64,000 nucleotides of DNA from Promethearchaeia archaeon (GTDB lineage: Archaea > Asgardarchaeota > Lokiarchaeia > Sigyniarchaeales > SOKP01). Below are positions 50,450-60,202 of this stretch, piece by piece. Positions within the stretch are counted from its first letter, which is position 1. Each line of letters begins with the position of its first letter. The DNA lies in NCBI GenBank assembly GCA_046483985.1, contig JAWOCD010000111.1, positions 1 through 64,000 of the forward strand, written 5' to 3'. The notes beneath the pieces were generated by a model. It was not told where the DNA came from. It searched no databases and worked only from the letters and a program-made list of their open reading frames with translations. Both the position numbers and the translations under genes were made by a program.

Positions 50450-51142
50450 GTGAGATGGATGGGAAGCTTAATTGATTTGAAATTTAAGAAATCTGCTGAA
50501 AATGTATTGGAAATGAGCATAAGTCACGCTCAGAAAGTTCAAGGATGTGTAGTAGAGTTAGATAAAGGGATAAATGTTCTCTTGAAAGAAAAGGATCATG
50601 AAAGGGCATTAGATGTTTTTAGGAGCGTAGATTCACTTGAAAATAACGCAGATGGAAAACGCAGGAAAATACTACGTCATATTTCTAAAAGTCAGTTGAA
50701 TCCCAGCGTAAGGGGCGATTTATCTCATTTAATAAAGAATCAAGATGAAATAGCTAATTGTGCTTGCGGTGTAGCCCGGAGAATGGCCACTATCCCCGTT
50801 GCCTTTTGGGATCAAAGTAGCAAGAACTCAGTAGATACTATCTTAAATATGTCCAATAAAACTGTCGCTTGCGTGGAATATCTCGATAAAATAGTAATTG
50901 ACTTATTAGGAGAACGAGAGCACATTAAGCAATACCATAATAAGATAAATAATCTCGAACACGATGTGGATATTTTGAATATTCAACTGCGAGAAGAATT
51001 ACAACAGACGGGCTATGAGGTCAATCAGTTCACTATTTTTACTGTGGGAAGCACAATCAATATTATCGAGGCGATTAGCGATTCAATTGAGACTGTTGCG
51101 GATTATATCATGGCTTTATTGACCAGTTCAAATGTGGTCTAA
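50450..51142 (+). CDS. DUF47 phosphate transport regulator
   Basis: LENNADGKRR, LEHDVD and ISDSIE..AD motifs. Confidence 0.85.
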   Translation: MRWMGSLIDLKFKKSAENVLEMSISHAQKVQGCVVELDKGINVLLKEKDHERALDVFRSVDSLENNADGKRRKILRHISKSQLNPSVRGDLSHLIKNQDEIANCACGVARRMATIPVAFWDQSSKNSVDTILNMSNKTVACVEYLDKIVIDLLGEREHIKQYHNKINNLEHDVDILNIQLREELQQTGYEVNQFTIFTVGSTINIIEAISDSIETVADYIMALLTSSNVV

Positions 51143-51256
51143 GGGTTTCATTTTGTGTAAAAATTATTCCAAGAAATCCCAAAAATTATAATAATTTTAA
51201 TTAGAAGAATATTCTAATATTATAATAATGAATCTCTTCTCTAATTAGAACTCCCA

Positions 51257-52699
51257 ATGAGAGTAACTGTAAAATTTGGAATAGTAAGTTTCGTTATCAT
51301 TCTTGTCCAATCATTTTTAAAAATTACCGCAGTTCTGTTAACTGGAAGCATTGCTTTACTATCCGAAACAATTGATACGATTGTCGACATTTTTTTCGCA
51401 GGGCTTACCTTATATTCTGTCTATATCAGTACTAGACCTCCAGATTTTGAGCATATGTACGGGCATGGAAAAATCGATTCAATCGGAGCGGTAGTGCAAG
51501 GAATCATTCTTTCGGTCATTTATTTTTTGCTAATTTATAATAGCTTGCAAATTGTTCTTAAAGGTTCATATCAGGTGACGAATCCGAAATCGGGCATAAT
51601 TCTAATTATCATCTCTTTTATTATTAACATGGTATATTCCCGAATATTAATATGGCAAGGAAGGAAACAAAAGAGCTTATCCTTAAAAGTTCAAGGATTA
51701 AACTTATTCCAAGATTCATTGCGTTCCATTCTTGTCTTGGGAAGTCTTGTTTTCTCATTGTATGGTTTTGCCTTTTTGGATCCTTACTTTGGAATTGGCT
51801 TAGCTGTTTTTATTATTTATAGCTCGATAAAGCTATCCAAAGAAGGAATTAACGAATTAAGCGATGCAAATCCCCTGAATACTATGATTGTTAATGAACT
51901 TATAACCTTTATGAACAAAATCGACCATGTAAAAGAGGTAGATGATATAAAAGCACGGACCAGCGGACGGAAGTTATTCGTTGAAGTAATATTGTCTGTT
52001 GAAGAACATATTCCAATGGCATATGCAGATCGAATCAACAAATCCATTAATTCAATGACTAAGAAATTATTTCCTGTTTATGAAGTAGAACTCATGATTC
52101 AAATGAATCCAAAAGGCGGAGAAGCCGCGATGGGGGAAAGAGTAATAAAACTTGTCCAATCCATTAAAATGGATTATCCAGAGATATTAAAGATTAAGAA
52201 TATATCTTTATTTGAGTATGTGCAAAAAAATTTCATCTCTATGACGATGATTGTTAATCAAACCCTTACCTTAGACGAGGCCCATACAGTTTGCACGGAG
52301 TTTGAGGGTGAACTAAAGAAACATATAAAAGAAATCGACAGAATAATCACACATATTGAAAGTGAGATAAGGTCAAGTAAAGAAATTATCAAAATCAATG
52401 AGAAGGGGATCCCAGAGAGGAAAAAGGAGGAAGTTGAAAAGAACGTAGAAAAGATCTTAAAAACATATAAAAACGTAAAAGGATATCACGGGTTAGAATG
52501 TTGGGAGGCTTTAAATTATTGCATTGTTGAACTTCATATCTTTTTTGAAGGAAGACTGAATATTAATATCGTGCATCACGACATCGAAAAAATAAAGAAT
52601 GAGATTAGACATCTAAAAATCGAAAAACTCGGAGGGATTTACTTACATAGTGAGCCGTTAGAAGGGCGGACAGATGGTGTTATATTTAGGGCTCAATAA
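51257..52699 (+). CDS. Cation diffusion facilitator with three C-terminal ZT_dimer-like domains
   Basis: GSIALLSETIDT and PPDFEHMYGHGK motifs; three successive CTD-like units ending QMNP, HIES and HSEP. Confidence 0.88.
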   Translation: MRVTVKFGIVSFVIILVQSFLKITAVLLTGSIALLSETIDTIVDIFFAGLTLYSVYISTRPPDFEHMYGHGKIDSIGAVVQGIILSVIYFLLIYNSLQIVLKGSYQVTNPKSGIILIIISFIINMVYSRILIWQGRKQKSLSLKVQGLNLFQDSLRSILVLGSLVFSLYGFAFLDPYFGIGLAVFIIYSSIKLSKEGINELSDANPLNTMIVNELITFMNKIDHVKEVDDIKARTSGRKLFVEVILSVEEHIPMAYADRINKSINSMTKKLFPVYEVELMIQMNPKGGEAAMGERVIKLVQSIKMDYPEILKIKNISLFEYVQKNFISMTMIVNQTLTLDEAHTVCTEFEGELKKHIKEIDRIITHIESEIRSSKEIIKINEKGIPERKKEEVEKNVEKILKTYKNVKGYHGLECWEALNYCIVELHIFFEGRLNINIVHHDIEKIKNEIRHLKIEKLGGIYLHSEPLEGRTDGVIFRAQ

Positions 52700-52720
52700 A
52701 AATATAGGAAAAGGGATGGG

Positions 52721-52743
52721 GACTTCTTTCGCAGATCGTTAAA
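52721..52743. repeat. 23-bp dispersed repeat, copy 2
   Basis: Identical to 24953-24975. Confidence 0.7.
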
Positions 52744-52765
52744 GATAAAAAAAAATTTAACTTAT

Positions 52766-54898
52766 TTAATCCCATTTGGAATCGAGTAAATCTAAAGTTT
52801 CCTCAAAATCGTTTGTGGGCGGTTTACAAGTTTTATCAACACAGATATAGGCGGTTGTTTGCTCATTTTGCTTTGAAAAGCTTTCCACATATGAGGCAAT
52901 CGAATCAATCTGAGGAGATTCCATATCTGTGGGGCGATAAATTAATGCCTTATTAGGTAAAAATTCCGAGTGGATCTTATCAAGAAAAGCTTGGGTATTA
53001 TTACTCGACTGGTCGCCCGAAATTACCAAGGTAAATGTAGGACCTAAAGCAAAATCAATCGCAACCAACAGCTGTGTATGCGCTACAGGATTGTCCCTTA
53101 TACTTTCGGAAAAGACACGTGCTATATATTCAGCTTTCTCCTCTAACTCTGGATTGCCAGTTAACAGAGATAACCGGAGTAGATTCAACATTGCCACCGA
53201 GTTTCCGGAGGGTATAGCACTGTCATAAATTTCCTTCTGTTTTGTTAGAATCTTCTCGCTTTTTTTCGAAGTGAAAAAGAAGCCGCCAATATAATCATCC
53301 CAGAATTCATCGATTAGTGTTTGATTTAATTCAAGCGCTGTCTTTAAGTTAGAAACATCAAATGTGGCTTCATACATTTCAATGAGCCCCCAAATGAAAA
53401 AGGCATAATCATCGAGAAAGCCCCCCACATTTGCATTGCCATTCCGATAGCGGTGCATGAGTCTACCTTCGGCAGTTAGAAGATTCTCTAATATAAAGTC
53501 TATAGCTTTTTGGGCGACTTTGAGATAACTTGGGTCCTCAAAAATCTGGGAAGCTTTAGCAAGAGCAGCGATCATTAGGCCGTTCCAATCGGTTAATATC
53601 TTATCATCTTTCGATGGTTTTTCCCGTTTTTCTCTTTGCGTGAATAACTTCTTACGAATGGATTCCAACTCTGTTTTTAACTGGGTTACGGGGATTTCTA
53701 ATTTTGAGGCTAGATCTTCATAAGTTTGTGTCATATACAAGATATTCTGACCAGTTTTTTCTTTTGTTGCTTCTTCTTCAAAATTTCCTTCTTCCTCTAG
53801 ATTATACACTTCTTGTGCAATGTTCAATTCTTGATCGTTCAGCAACCCTTCAAGTTCCTCCAATTTCCAGATATAATACTTTCCTTCTTCTCCTTCAACA
53901 TCGGCATCTTCCGCAGAATAAAATACTCCCTCCGGGGAAGTCATATCACGAAATATGTATGTAAATATTTCTCGTACGGTCTGGGCATACATCTCATTTT
54001 TAGTTTCTTTATATGCCTCACTATAGGCAATCGCCAATAAAGCATTATCATACAGCATTTTCTCAAAATGTGGAAGTTTCCAACGGGCATCAGTTGAATA
54101 CCGATGAAACCCATATCCGATATGGTCATAAACGCCCCCTCGCCTCATTGCATGCAAGGTATGATCAACCATCTTTAATAGTTCTTCATTTCCAGTACGT
54201 TTCCACATTCTCAAAAGAAAAAATATATTATGGGGAGTAGGAAATTTAGGTGTCGAACCAAATCCTCCATATTCTTCATCATATCGTGTGCTTAATTGAC
54301 TTATTGCATTCCTTAGGGTTTTTCTATCCGGAACTTCCCCCGGAGACTCACTTGTCACGTTTTCTAAAGCAAGCGCGATCTCTTCGGAGGTCTCTAATGC
54401 TCTATCACGGTTGTTTTTCCAAAGATCTTGAATCCGCTCGATTAATTCGATAAGCCCTGGTTGACCGAACCGCTTTTTCTTAGGTATATAAGTGCCAGCA
54501 AAAAAGGGTTTTTTTTCTGGGGTCATAATTATTGTTAATGGCCACCCTCCGCTACGGGTCATCATGTGGCAAACCGTCATATAGGTTTTATCAACATCTG
54601 GACGTTCCTCCCTGTCTACCTTGATCGGTACGAATGTTTCATTTAATAATTCGGCAACTTCGAGATCTTCGAAACTCTCATGGGCCATTACATGGCACCA
54701 ATGACATGTCGAATAACCGATGGATAAAAAGATAGGCTTATCTTCCTTTTTCGCCTTTTGGAAAGCCTCTTCACCCCATGGCATCCAATCTACAGGATTA
54801 TATGCATGTTGTAACAAATACGGGCTAGATTCGTTAATAAGCAGATTGGGGTCTCCATTATGGGCATTAATATCATGTTCAATTTTCTCGTTATTCAT
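52766..54898 (-). CDS. Thioredoxin-domain YyaL/SPATA20 (DUF255) family protein
   Basis: [31 protein letters not shown] and PHFEKMLYD motifs. Confidence 0.96.
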   Translation of the reverse strand: MNNEKIEHDINAHNGDPNLLINESSPYLLQHAYNPVDWMPWGEEAFQKAKKEDKPIFLSIGYSTCHWCHVMAHESFEDLEVAELLNETFVPIKVDREERPDVDKTYMTVCHMMTRSGGWPLTIIMTPEKKPFFAGTYIPKKKRFGQPGLIELIERIQDLWKNNRDRALETSEEIALALENVTSESPGEVPDRKTLRNAISQLSTRYDEEYGGFGSTPKFPTPHNIFFLLRMWKRTGNEELLKMVDHTLHAMRRGGVYDHIGYGFHRYSTDARWKLPHFEKMLYDNALLAIAYSEAYKETKNEMYAQTVREIFTYIFRDMTSPEGVFYSAEDADVEGEEGKYYIWKLEELEGLLNDQELNIAQEVYNLEEEGNFEEEATKEKTGQNILYMTQTYEDLASKLEIPVTQLKTELESIRKKLFTQREKREKPSKDDKILTDWNGLMIAALAKASQIFEDPSYLKVAQKAIDFILENLLTAEGRLMHRYRNGNANVGGFLDDYAFFIWGLIEMYEATFDVSNLKTALELNQTLIDEFWDDYIGGFFFTSKKSEKILTKQKEIYDSAIPSGNSVAMLNLLRLSLLTGNPELEEKAEYIARVFSESIRDNPVAHTQLLVAIDFALGPTFTLVISGDQSSNNTQAFLDKIHSEFLPNKALIYRPTDMESPQIDSIASYVESFSKQNEQTTAYICVDKTCKPPTNDFEETLDLLDSKWD

Positions 54899-54910
54899 TT
54901 CATATCCAAC

Positions 54911-55492
54911 TTAATCATTATTTGATGGTTTAAATTTGTTTTTATATTCATTTCGAAAAATAAATTCTTCTAAAGGTTTTCTCGGAGGTCTTTGTTTCTC
55001 TCCCAATTTCATATCATCGGATAATACGGGATTAATTTCTTCTGAATGCTTACCAATATTGACAAATGTTATAAGCCGCATCTCCGCGGGGATATTCAAG
55101 ATCTCCTTTGCCTTCTCTTCATTAAACCCCGCAATAGGATGGGCAACCAACCCAAGTTCGGTCGCTCTCAGAATTAATTGAGCCGTAGCCAATCCCGTAT
55201 CGAATAAGTAATATTTTCTTTCCTTTATAATACAATCTGCCTCGGGTTTGCTCAGTACTGCAATCATCATAGAAGCTTTTTCTATCCATCGGTTACCAGA
55301 AGAAAGGGTTGTGAATACTTGCTCAAGTTTTTGCTTATCATGAATGAATATATATTGCCACGGCTGTTTATTGGCACAAGATGGGGCAATTTGCGTACTA
55401 TGGGCTAGATCCTTTATTAAATCATCTGTAATGGTAACGGGAGCAAGAGATCGATAGGCTCTCCGTCTATTAATTGCTTCTTGAACGTTCAT
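54911..55492 (-). CDS. Nitroreductase family protein
   Basis: RRAYR, APSCANKQPW and DTGLA...A.ELGL motifs. Confidence 0.93.
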   Translation of the reverse strand: MNVQEAINRRRAYRSLAPVTITDDLIKDLAHSTQIAPSCANKQPWQYIFIHDKQKLEQVFTTLSSGNRWIEKASMMIAVLSKPEADCIIKERKYYLFDTGLATAQLILRATELGLVAHPIAGFNEEKAKEILNIPAEMRLITFVNIGKHSEEINPVLSDDMKLGEKQRPPRKPLEEFIFRNEYKNKFKPSNND

Positions 55493-55625
55493 TATATTAT
55501 TATCCCTCTAATATTTACTTATTTTATTTATTACAATAAGTGTAGACTAAATGTTTTTAATATTCGGATTATCATCTATTAATCTCAATAAGTTACAAAT
55601 TAAGGTTAAGGTTTGGATTAGATCT

Positions 55626-55655
55626 ATATGGGTATGGACGTTTTCCGAACGTTAT
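55626..55655. repeat. Exact 30-bp intergenic copy of hdrA positions 46380-46409
   Basis: ATATGGGTATGGACGTTTTCCGAACGTTAT occurs at both sites. Confidence 0.9.
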
Positions 55656-55705
55656 AAGAATTTAGATTAATTTAAAGTTGAGTATTATAAAGTAGTTTCA
55701 CATTA

Positions 55706-56557
55706 TTACCAAAAAGGGTAATTTGCTTGAATTCCGTTTTGCATTATTGCTTCAACATTGAAGTAAAGTACGAAAATAGTCGATAAAAGCATTGCAAGCA
55801 ATAGCGGATAATAACGGAGGTCTATCTTTTTGACAATTATTACCATCGTAGCAAGTACGACAAAGATTATTTGTATAAGGAGGATAAGAAAGCCGCTCTT
55901 ACTTGAATTAGCAACATCACCATTAAGTATACTTATTTCGTATGCAAGGATAAAGACGAAAATATATTCATCAAGGACCATTTTGGTCCTGGGGTCTATG
56001 AGAAGCTCAGCAAAGATTCCCAGGATTAAGTAGCCAAAATAGGTTACTTGAATAAGGTTATGACCAAGTATCTCGTCCAAATACCATGCATATATAAACA
56101 TCTCCCTATATTCACTGTCTAATGCTGCGGAAGCATCTAATGCATCTAGAGCATTTACATATTCCATCCCTAAGTGAAATACATGGCCAATACAATTGAA
56201 GATGATAAAAATAACTACTCCGATTTCAATCGCGAACACAAAATACTGATTATTTCCCTCTTCTTTTTCCACACGCCCTAAGAGCCATTTCATTAAAACA
56301 TAATAAATAATCCCAAATATGGGACCTAAGAAGAGAGGTTGGAGAAACCGATACCCCGTGCGAATCGAAAAAAATTGAAACTCATCGGAATATGGAATAT
56401 CTAATCCGACTTGAAAAGTGCCACGGATCATCCATCTGGTGATATAGACTCCTACACCTAAGGAAATAAGAAATATGGCGGCGAACCAGATTCCAATATG
56501 ATAGCGTTTTAGACGTTTCTTAATTGTTTCAATAATCGTCATCTGAACTATGAGCAC
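55706..56557 (-). CDS. Hypothetical ~7-TM membrane protein
   Basis: Hydrophobic segments with GHxxH and DExLGH, possibly metal-binding. Confidence 0.75.
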   Translation of the reverse strand: MLIVQMTIIETIKKRLKRYHIGIWFAAIFLISLGVGVYITRWMIRGTFQVGLDIPYSDEFQFFSIRTGYRFLQPLFLGPIFGIIYYVLMKWLLGRVEKEEGNNQYFVFAIEIGVVIFIIFNCIGHVFHLGMEYVNALDALDASAALDSEYREMFIYAWYLDEILGHNLIQVTYFGYLILGIFAELLIDPRTKMVLDEYIFVFILAYEISILNGDVANSSKSGFLILLIQIIFVVLATMVIIVKKIDLRYYPLLLAMLLSTIFVLYFNVEAIMQNGIQANYPFW

Positions 56558-56972
56558 CTTTTAAACAAAGAAAACATATACATGTAATTATAAAACTTCT
56601 AATATAAAGTTTCTCTGGGTTATATTCGTTTCAAACTAAAATGTTTAGATTATTTTATATCCAAAAAATCCAAATAATTTGCTGGGCAATTCTATGATTC
56701 TCCTATTGTTTCCAAAAATTGCATAAGGGGTGTTTGGAGCATCTAATTTTACAAATTAAATATAAGAGTTTCAAAAAATTCAAGCAAACTTAAAAGCATT
56801 TCTTTAAATTTAGAACTGCTTCTATTTTTTAAAACTACTGCCGTTTACCGTGATCTTCAATCAGTGATCCTTTGATGATTTGTCGGGCTGTCCCGAAATG
56901 TCCAGATTTTTTCTGACTCGTTTTTGTATACAATCGATAATTATATAAATACCTTTTTGTATATATTACATA

Positions 56973-57479
56973 ATGCGATGGATTTTGGATGCATGCACTT
57001 TGATTTATCTTGTTAAAACCAATTTATTTGAGAATTTTGTTGATTTAATAGATTATCCTCTCATAATTGATTCAAGTGTGCATGAGGAAGTGGTTCTTAA
57101 CGGAAAACGGCACAACTATACGTATGCTTTTGAAGCGGAAAAACTGCTAAAGCAATTCCGAATTCCTGTGATTCCAATTGATGTTTCTAAGTATTTGATT
57201 TTATTTCGAGATGCCGGAGAAACAAGTTGTTATATCTTGGCTAAAGAAGAAGGGATTTGCCTTACATCTGATGAAAGGGCATACAAAAAATTTCTTAAAC
57301 ACGGAAAAAAGGTCATCCGATTGGATACTTTCTATTTCAGAAAATGTGTTGAGGGACGATTAACAAAACAAGAGTTTATGAACGCATTGAACCGATTAGA
57401 ATCCGTGAATGCAACAAAACCTAAATCTATTTTATTCTTTATGAAAAAATTAGAAAATCAAATGGAGGTTAAGAAATAA
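56973..57479 (+). CDS. PIN-domain (VapC-like) toxin
   Basis: ILDAC, VHEEV, DAGE and LTSDE acidic quartet. Confidence 0.85.
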   Translation: MRWILDACTLIYLVKTNLFENFVDLIDYPLIIDSSVHEEVVLNGKRHNYTYAFEAEKLLKQFRIPVIPIDVSKYLILFRDAGETSCYILAKEEGICLTSDERAYKKFLKHGKKVIRLDTFYFRKCVEGRLTKQEFMNALNRLESVNATKPKSILFFMKKLENQMEVKK

Positions 57480-57482
57480 AAA

Positions 57483-57818
57483 ATGACCGATGTCATATCG
57501 ACTCGCCTAGATGAAAAAGAAGTTGAAGAATTAAATAAAATATGTGAAAAAGAACGACTGGATCGGTCGGCACTTATACGAAAATTTCTTTTGAATCAAA
57601 TGAAAGAATATCGTATGAAAGAAGCTGGCAAGAAATACAGAAAAGGATTGGTCAGCTTAGCTGAAGCGGCTACACTGGCAAAAGTATCGATTTATGAAAT
57701 GATGGAATATATTGATCGGGAGCGGCTGAAACCCCCTTCATTATCAAAAGAGGAATTGGAAACAGAGTTAAAAAACTCCGAAGCATTATTTGCGAAGATG
57801 GAAAAGAACAAGGATTAA
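57483..57818 (+). CDS. RHH plus UPF0175 family antitoxin
   Basis: VISTRL...DRSALIR ribbon-helix-helix; YRKGLVSLAEAA. Confidence 0.85.
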   Translation: MTDVISTRLDEKEVEELNKICEKERLDRSALIRKFLLNQMKEYRMKEAGKKYRKGLVSLAEAATLAKVSIYEMMEYIDRERLKPPSLSKEELETELKNSEALFAKMEKNKD

Positions 57819-58289
57819 TCAGTTATCCCGATATTTTTAAGGGCATATTCTTTTTTAGACATAATTTCAAGTTATATTTGGTAATTAAGGGGAGGGGGGT
57901 TGGAAATAATGGCGGGGCGTTTCCATGAAAAAACGACTTGATCATCCCGTTGATTTCGGCATACGGAAAATTGTTCCCGGAATCTTTGTCTGTTTTACTC
58001 GGTGCGATGTATTACCAAAACACGAGCCAGAGAAAAACAAGGTCTTAAGGAAGAGGATATCAAAAATAAAAGAGGTTTTCAAAGCCCAACAAAGGACGAT
58101 ACTTGAGGTTTTTTCCACATATACCGGGGATAATCAAGAGACGCAGATGCACAATAGCCGCTTTTTTTTCACTTTGTCGAAACTTATAGCTGAAAATTAG
58201 AGATCTCTGATAATTTGTCTTTTATTGTTATCGGTTGTATCTTAGCCGTCAGATGTTATAATAGACACAAGAGTAATAGTGTGTATAGC

Positions 58290-58336
58290 ACATTAGGGAG
58301 CACGAATCCACCGCCCTTTAGGGCGTGGTAGTTCAA
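58290..58336 (+). mobile_element. IS200/IS605 right-end-like remnant, family B
   Basis: ACATTAGGGAGCACGAATCCACCGCCCTTTAGGGCGTGGTAGTTCAA, a typical subterminal hairpin followed by TTCAA. Confidence 0.7.
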
Positions 58337-58427
58337 GCTCGTCCTTATGGATTAAAAATCTAAAAAATAAGAATTTATTAATCCAAGTAGTTTCTATTAT
58401 AGTAAAAGATCATAAAATTAGGATATA

Positions 58428-58847
58428 ATGTATTCAGAAGAGATCATTTCATTAGTAAAAGAACGAGTAAGCAAATTCGAGGAAATAATTGCTGTATATT
58501 TATTTGGGTCATTTCTATCCAGTGAAGAATATGAGGACATCGACATTGGCATCCTTCTCGACGATACATTTGAGCCTAATTATATGTATGAAATAAAGAT
58601 ACAGAGAATTTTAGAAAAGCTGCTTAGAGCGAAATTGGATGTACATAAAACAGTAGACATCCATATTCTCAATCATCAAAATGTTCGATTTCTTTATGGA
58701 ATACTGGGAAATTCTAAATTAATCTTATCTAAGAATGAAACAAAAAGAGCTAAATTCGAAGCTCGAGTGATTACCCATTATTTAGATATGAAACCGTTCT
58801 ATGAATATTTCGACAATATGAGGAGATTAAGGTATGGACATCGATGA
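58428..58847 (+). CDS. MNT nucleotidyltransferase antitoxin
   Basis: YLFGS...DIDI and VDIHILN motifs; overlaps the HEPN gene. Confidence 0.9.
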   Translation: MYSEEIISLVKERVSKFEEIIAVYLFGSFLSSEEYEDIDIGILLDDTFEPNYMYEIKIQRILEKLLRAKLDVHKTVDIHILNHQNVRFLYGILGNSKLILSKNETKRAKFEARVITHYLDMKPFYEYFDNMRRLRYGHR

Positions 58848-59250
58848 AAATCTTATCCAAGGAAAATTTGACATTATTGAACGGAACCTAAAGTTTCTCA
58901 ATGAATTTAAGTCCTTAACCGATAAAGAATTTACAAAAAGCTACAAGGATGTTCAAGCTGCGAAATATTCTTTATTAGAAATAATTGAATCTTGTATAGA
59001 TATTGCAGCGCATCTCATTTCAGTTTCTAATTTAGAAAGGCCGAAGACATATGCTGAGATGTTTAAACTTCTAGGAGAAAATGAAATAATAAACTTAAGT
59101 CTGAGTCAAAATTTATCAAATATGGCTAGGTTCAGGAACCTTTTAGTGCACAGTTATGGAAAAATAGATAATTCTAAAGTCTTAAAATATATTAAAAATG
59201 ATTTGGATAAAATTACTGAATATATAAAAAACATTCTAAACCTTATTTAA
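58834..59250 (+). CDS. HEPN/DUF86 RNase toxin (HepT-like)
   Basis: RNLLVHSY (R-x4-H-x-Y) motif. Confidence 0.92.
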   Translation: MDIDENLIQGKFDIIERNLKFLNEFKSLTDKEFTKSYKDVQAAKYSLLEIIESCIDIAAHLISVSNLERPKTYAEMFKLLGENEIINLSLSQNLSNMARFRNLLVHSYGKIDNSKVLKYIKNDLDKITEYIKNILNLI

Positions 59251-59275
59251 ATTATAAATATTTTCCTTTCTTCTT

Positions 59276-59551
59276 CTATTCTTCTGTATCCTCAGTATAC
59301 TCAAGACTAAAAGGTATTCGATATTCCCTTTTTTTCCTGATATAATCTCCTAAGAATCCCTCCATCATAGGGACAATAACAAAAAAGAAAATTAATGAAA
59401 AAACCTCCCCTAAGAGTGCGGTGGCAAGGGGACTATTTGTGATGCCGATTATAATGGCGGTGCCGAAAAAAACAGATAAAAAAAACCATTTGCACTTGCA
59501 CTGCAGAGATCTGCATTCTCCTGCTTTAACCAGATTTAGCCACACCCGCAC
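59276..59551 (-). pseudogene. Probable remnant of a membrane protein gene
   Basis: Two TM-like segments and a charged tail, but no convincing start; degraded neighbourhood. Confidence 0.35.
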
Positions 59552-59754
59552 GAGAATTGATGGAATGCTTCTGGGGAGATTTGAACCCCCGTTAAATATT
59601 ATTTACCTGAACCTGAAAATTATAAAAACCGAATTCGAATCACAGATGGCGGAAGTCTTCAAAACCTTAAATTGAAGGATCCTAATGAAACATCAATTAC
59701 GTTCCAATTGGTAATGAAGAACATTCCATTTTTAATGTATCCATTGATGAAAAG

Positions 59755-59804
59755 TGTTATTTTATCAATTGTGTCTAATGTCTGTTATTTTATCAATTGT
59801 GTCT
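59755..59804. repeat. 22-bp direct repeat x2 (28-nt period)
   Basis: TGTTATTTTATCAATTGTGTCT at 59755 and 59783. Confidence 0.85.
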
Positions 59805-60167
59805 GATCGAGTCATTATTAGCTGGATTAGTGGTTGTCTCTTCATTTCCGGGAATTATTCAATTAGTCATGCGATTTGTTCTTAATTCTGATTCTATACC
59901 AATTCTCTGGGGGTTATTTAGCTATATTCCAGTTATTTTTATAATCATTATATTGACAATAAAATTTGCTTGGGAACAGCGTAGATCTAATTAAAGTGAT
60001 AAGACCTTTTTTTATTTATCTTTCGAAATTCTCGTGGTCAATATCATTAAAGACGATTTAATCCTTTCTCTCTCATTAGATTTATGATTGCAAGCGCATG
60101 CATATTACTCTTAAATCTTTTATTTATACGCCATTTTTTTAAAAAGAAATTATTAAATACTAATCTA

Positions 60168-60202
60168 AATTAGTACTAATTATGATTAGTACTTTTATTG
60201 AT
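60168..60202. promoter_or_regulatory. Palindrome AATTAGTACTAATT and ATTAGTA half-sites overlapping the ATPase start codon
   Basis: 14-bp perfect palindrome at 60168-60181; near-copy at 61565-61595. Confidence 0.55.

Noticed and set aside
56872-56916. Possible C/D box sRNA (TGATGA...CTGA)
   Set aside because: Internal D'/C' boxes are poor, the second guide is too short, and I could not identify an rRNA target.
57836-57852. GGGCATATTC as the left end of a 500-bp element closing at 58336
   Set aside because: The similarity to family A is only about 8 bp and is in the wrong orientation.
57925-58200. 91-aa ORF upstream of the family B right end as a TnpB remnant
   Set aside because: No RuvC or zinc-finger motifs; it appears spurious or is a degraded fragment.
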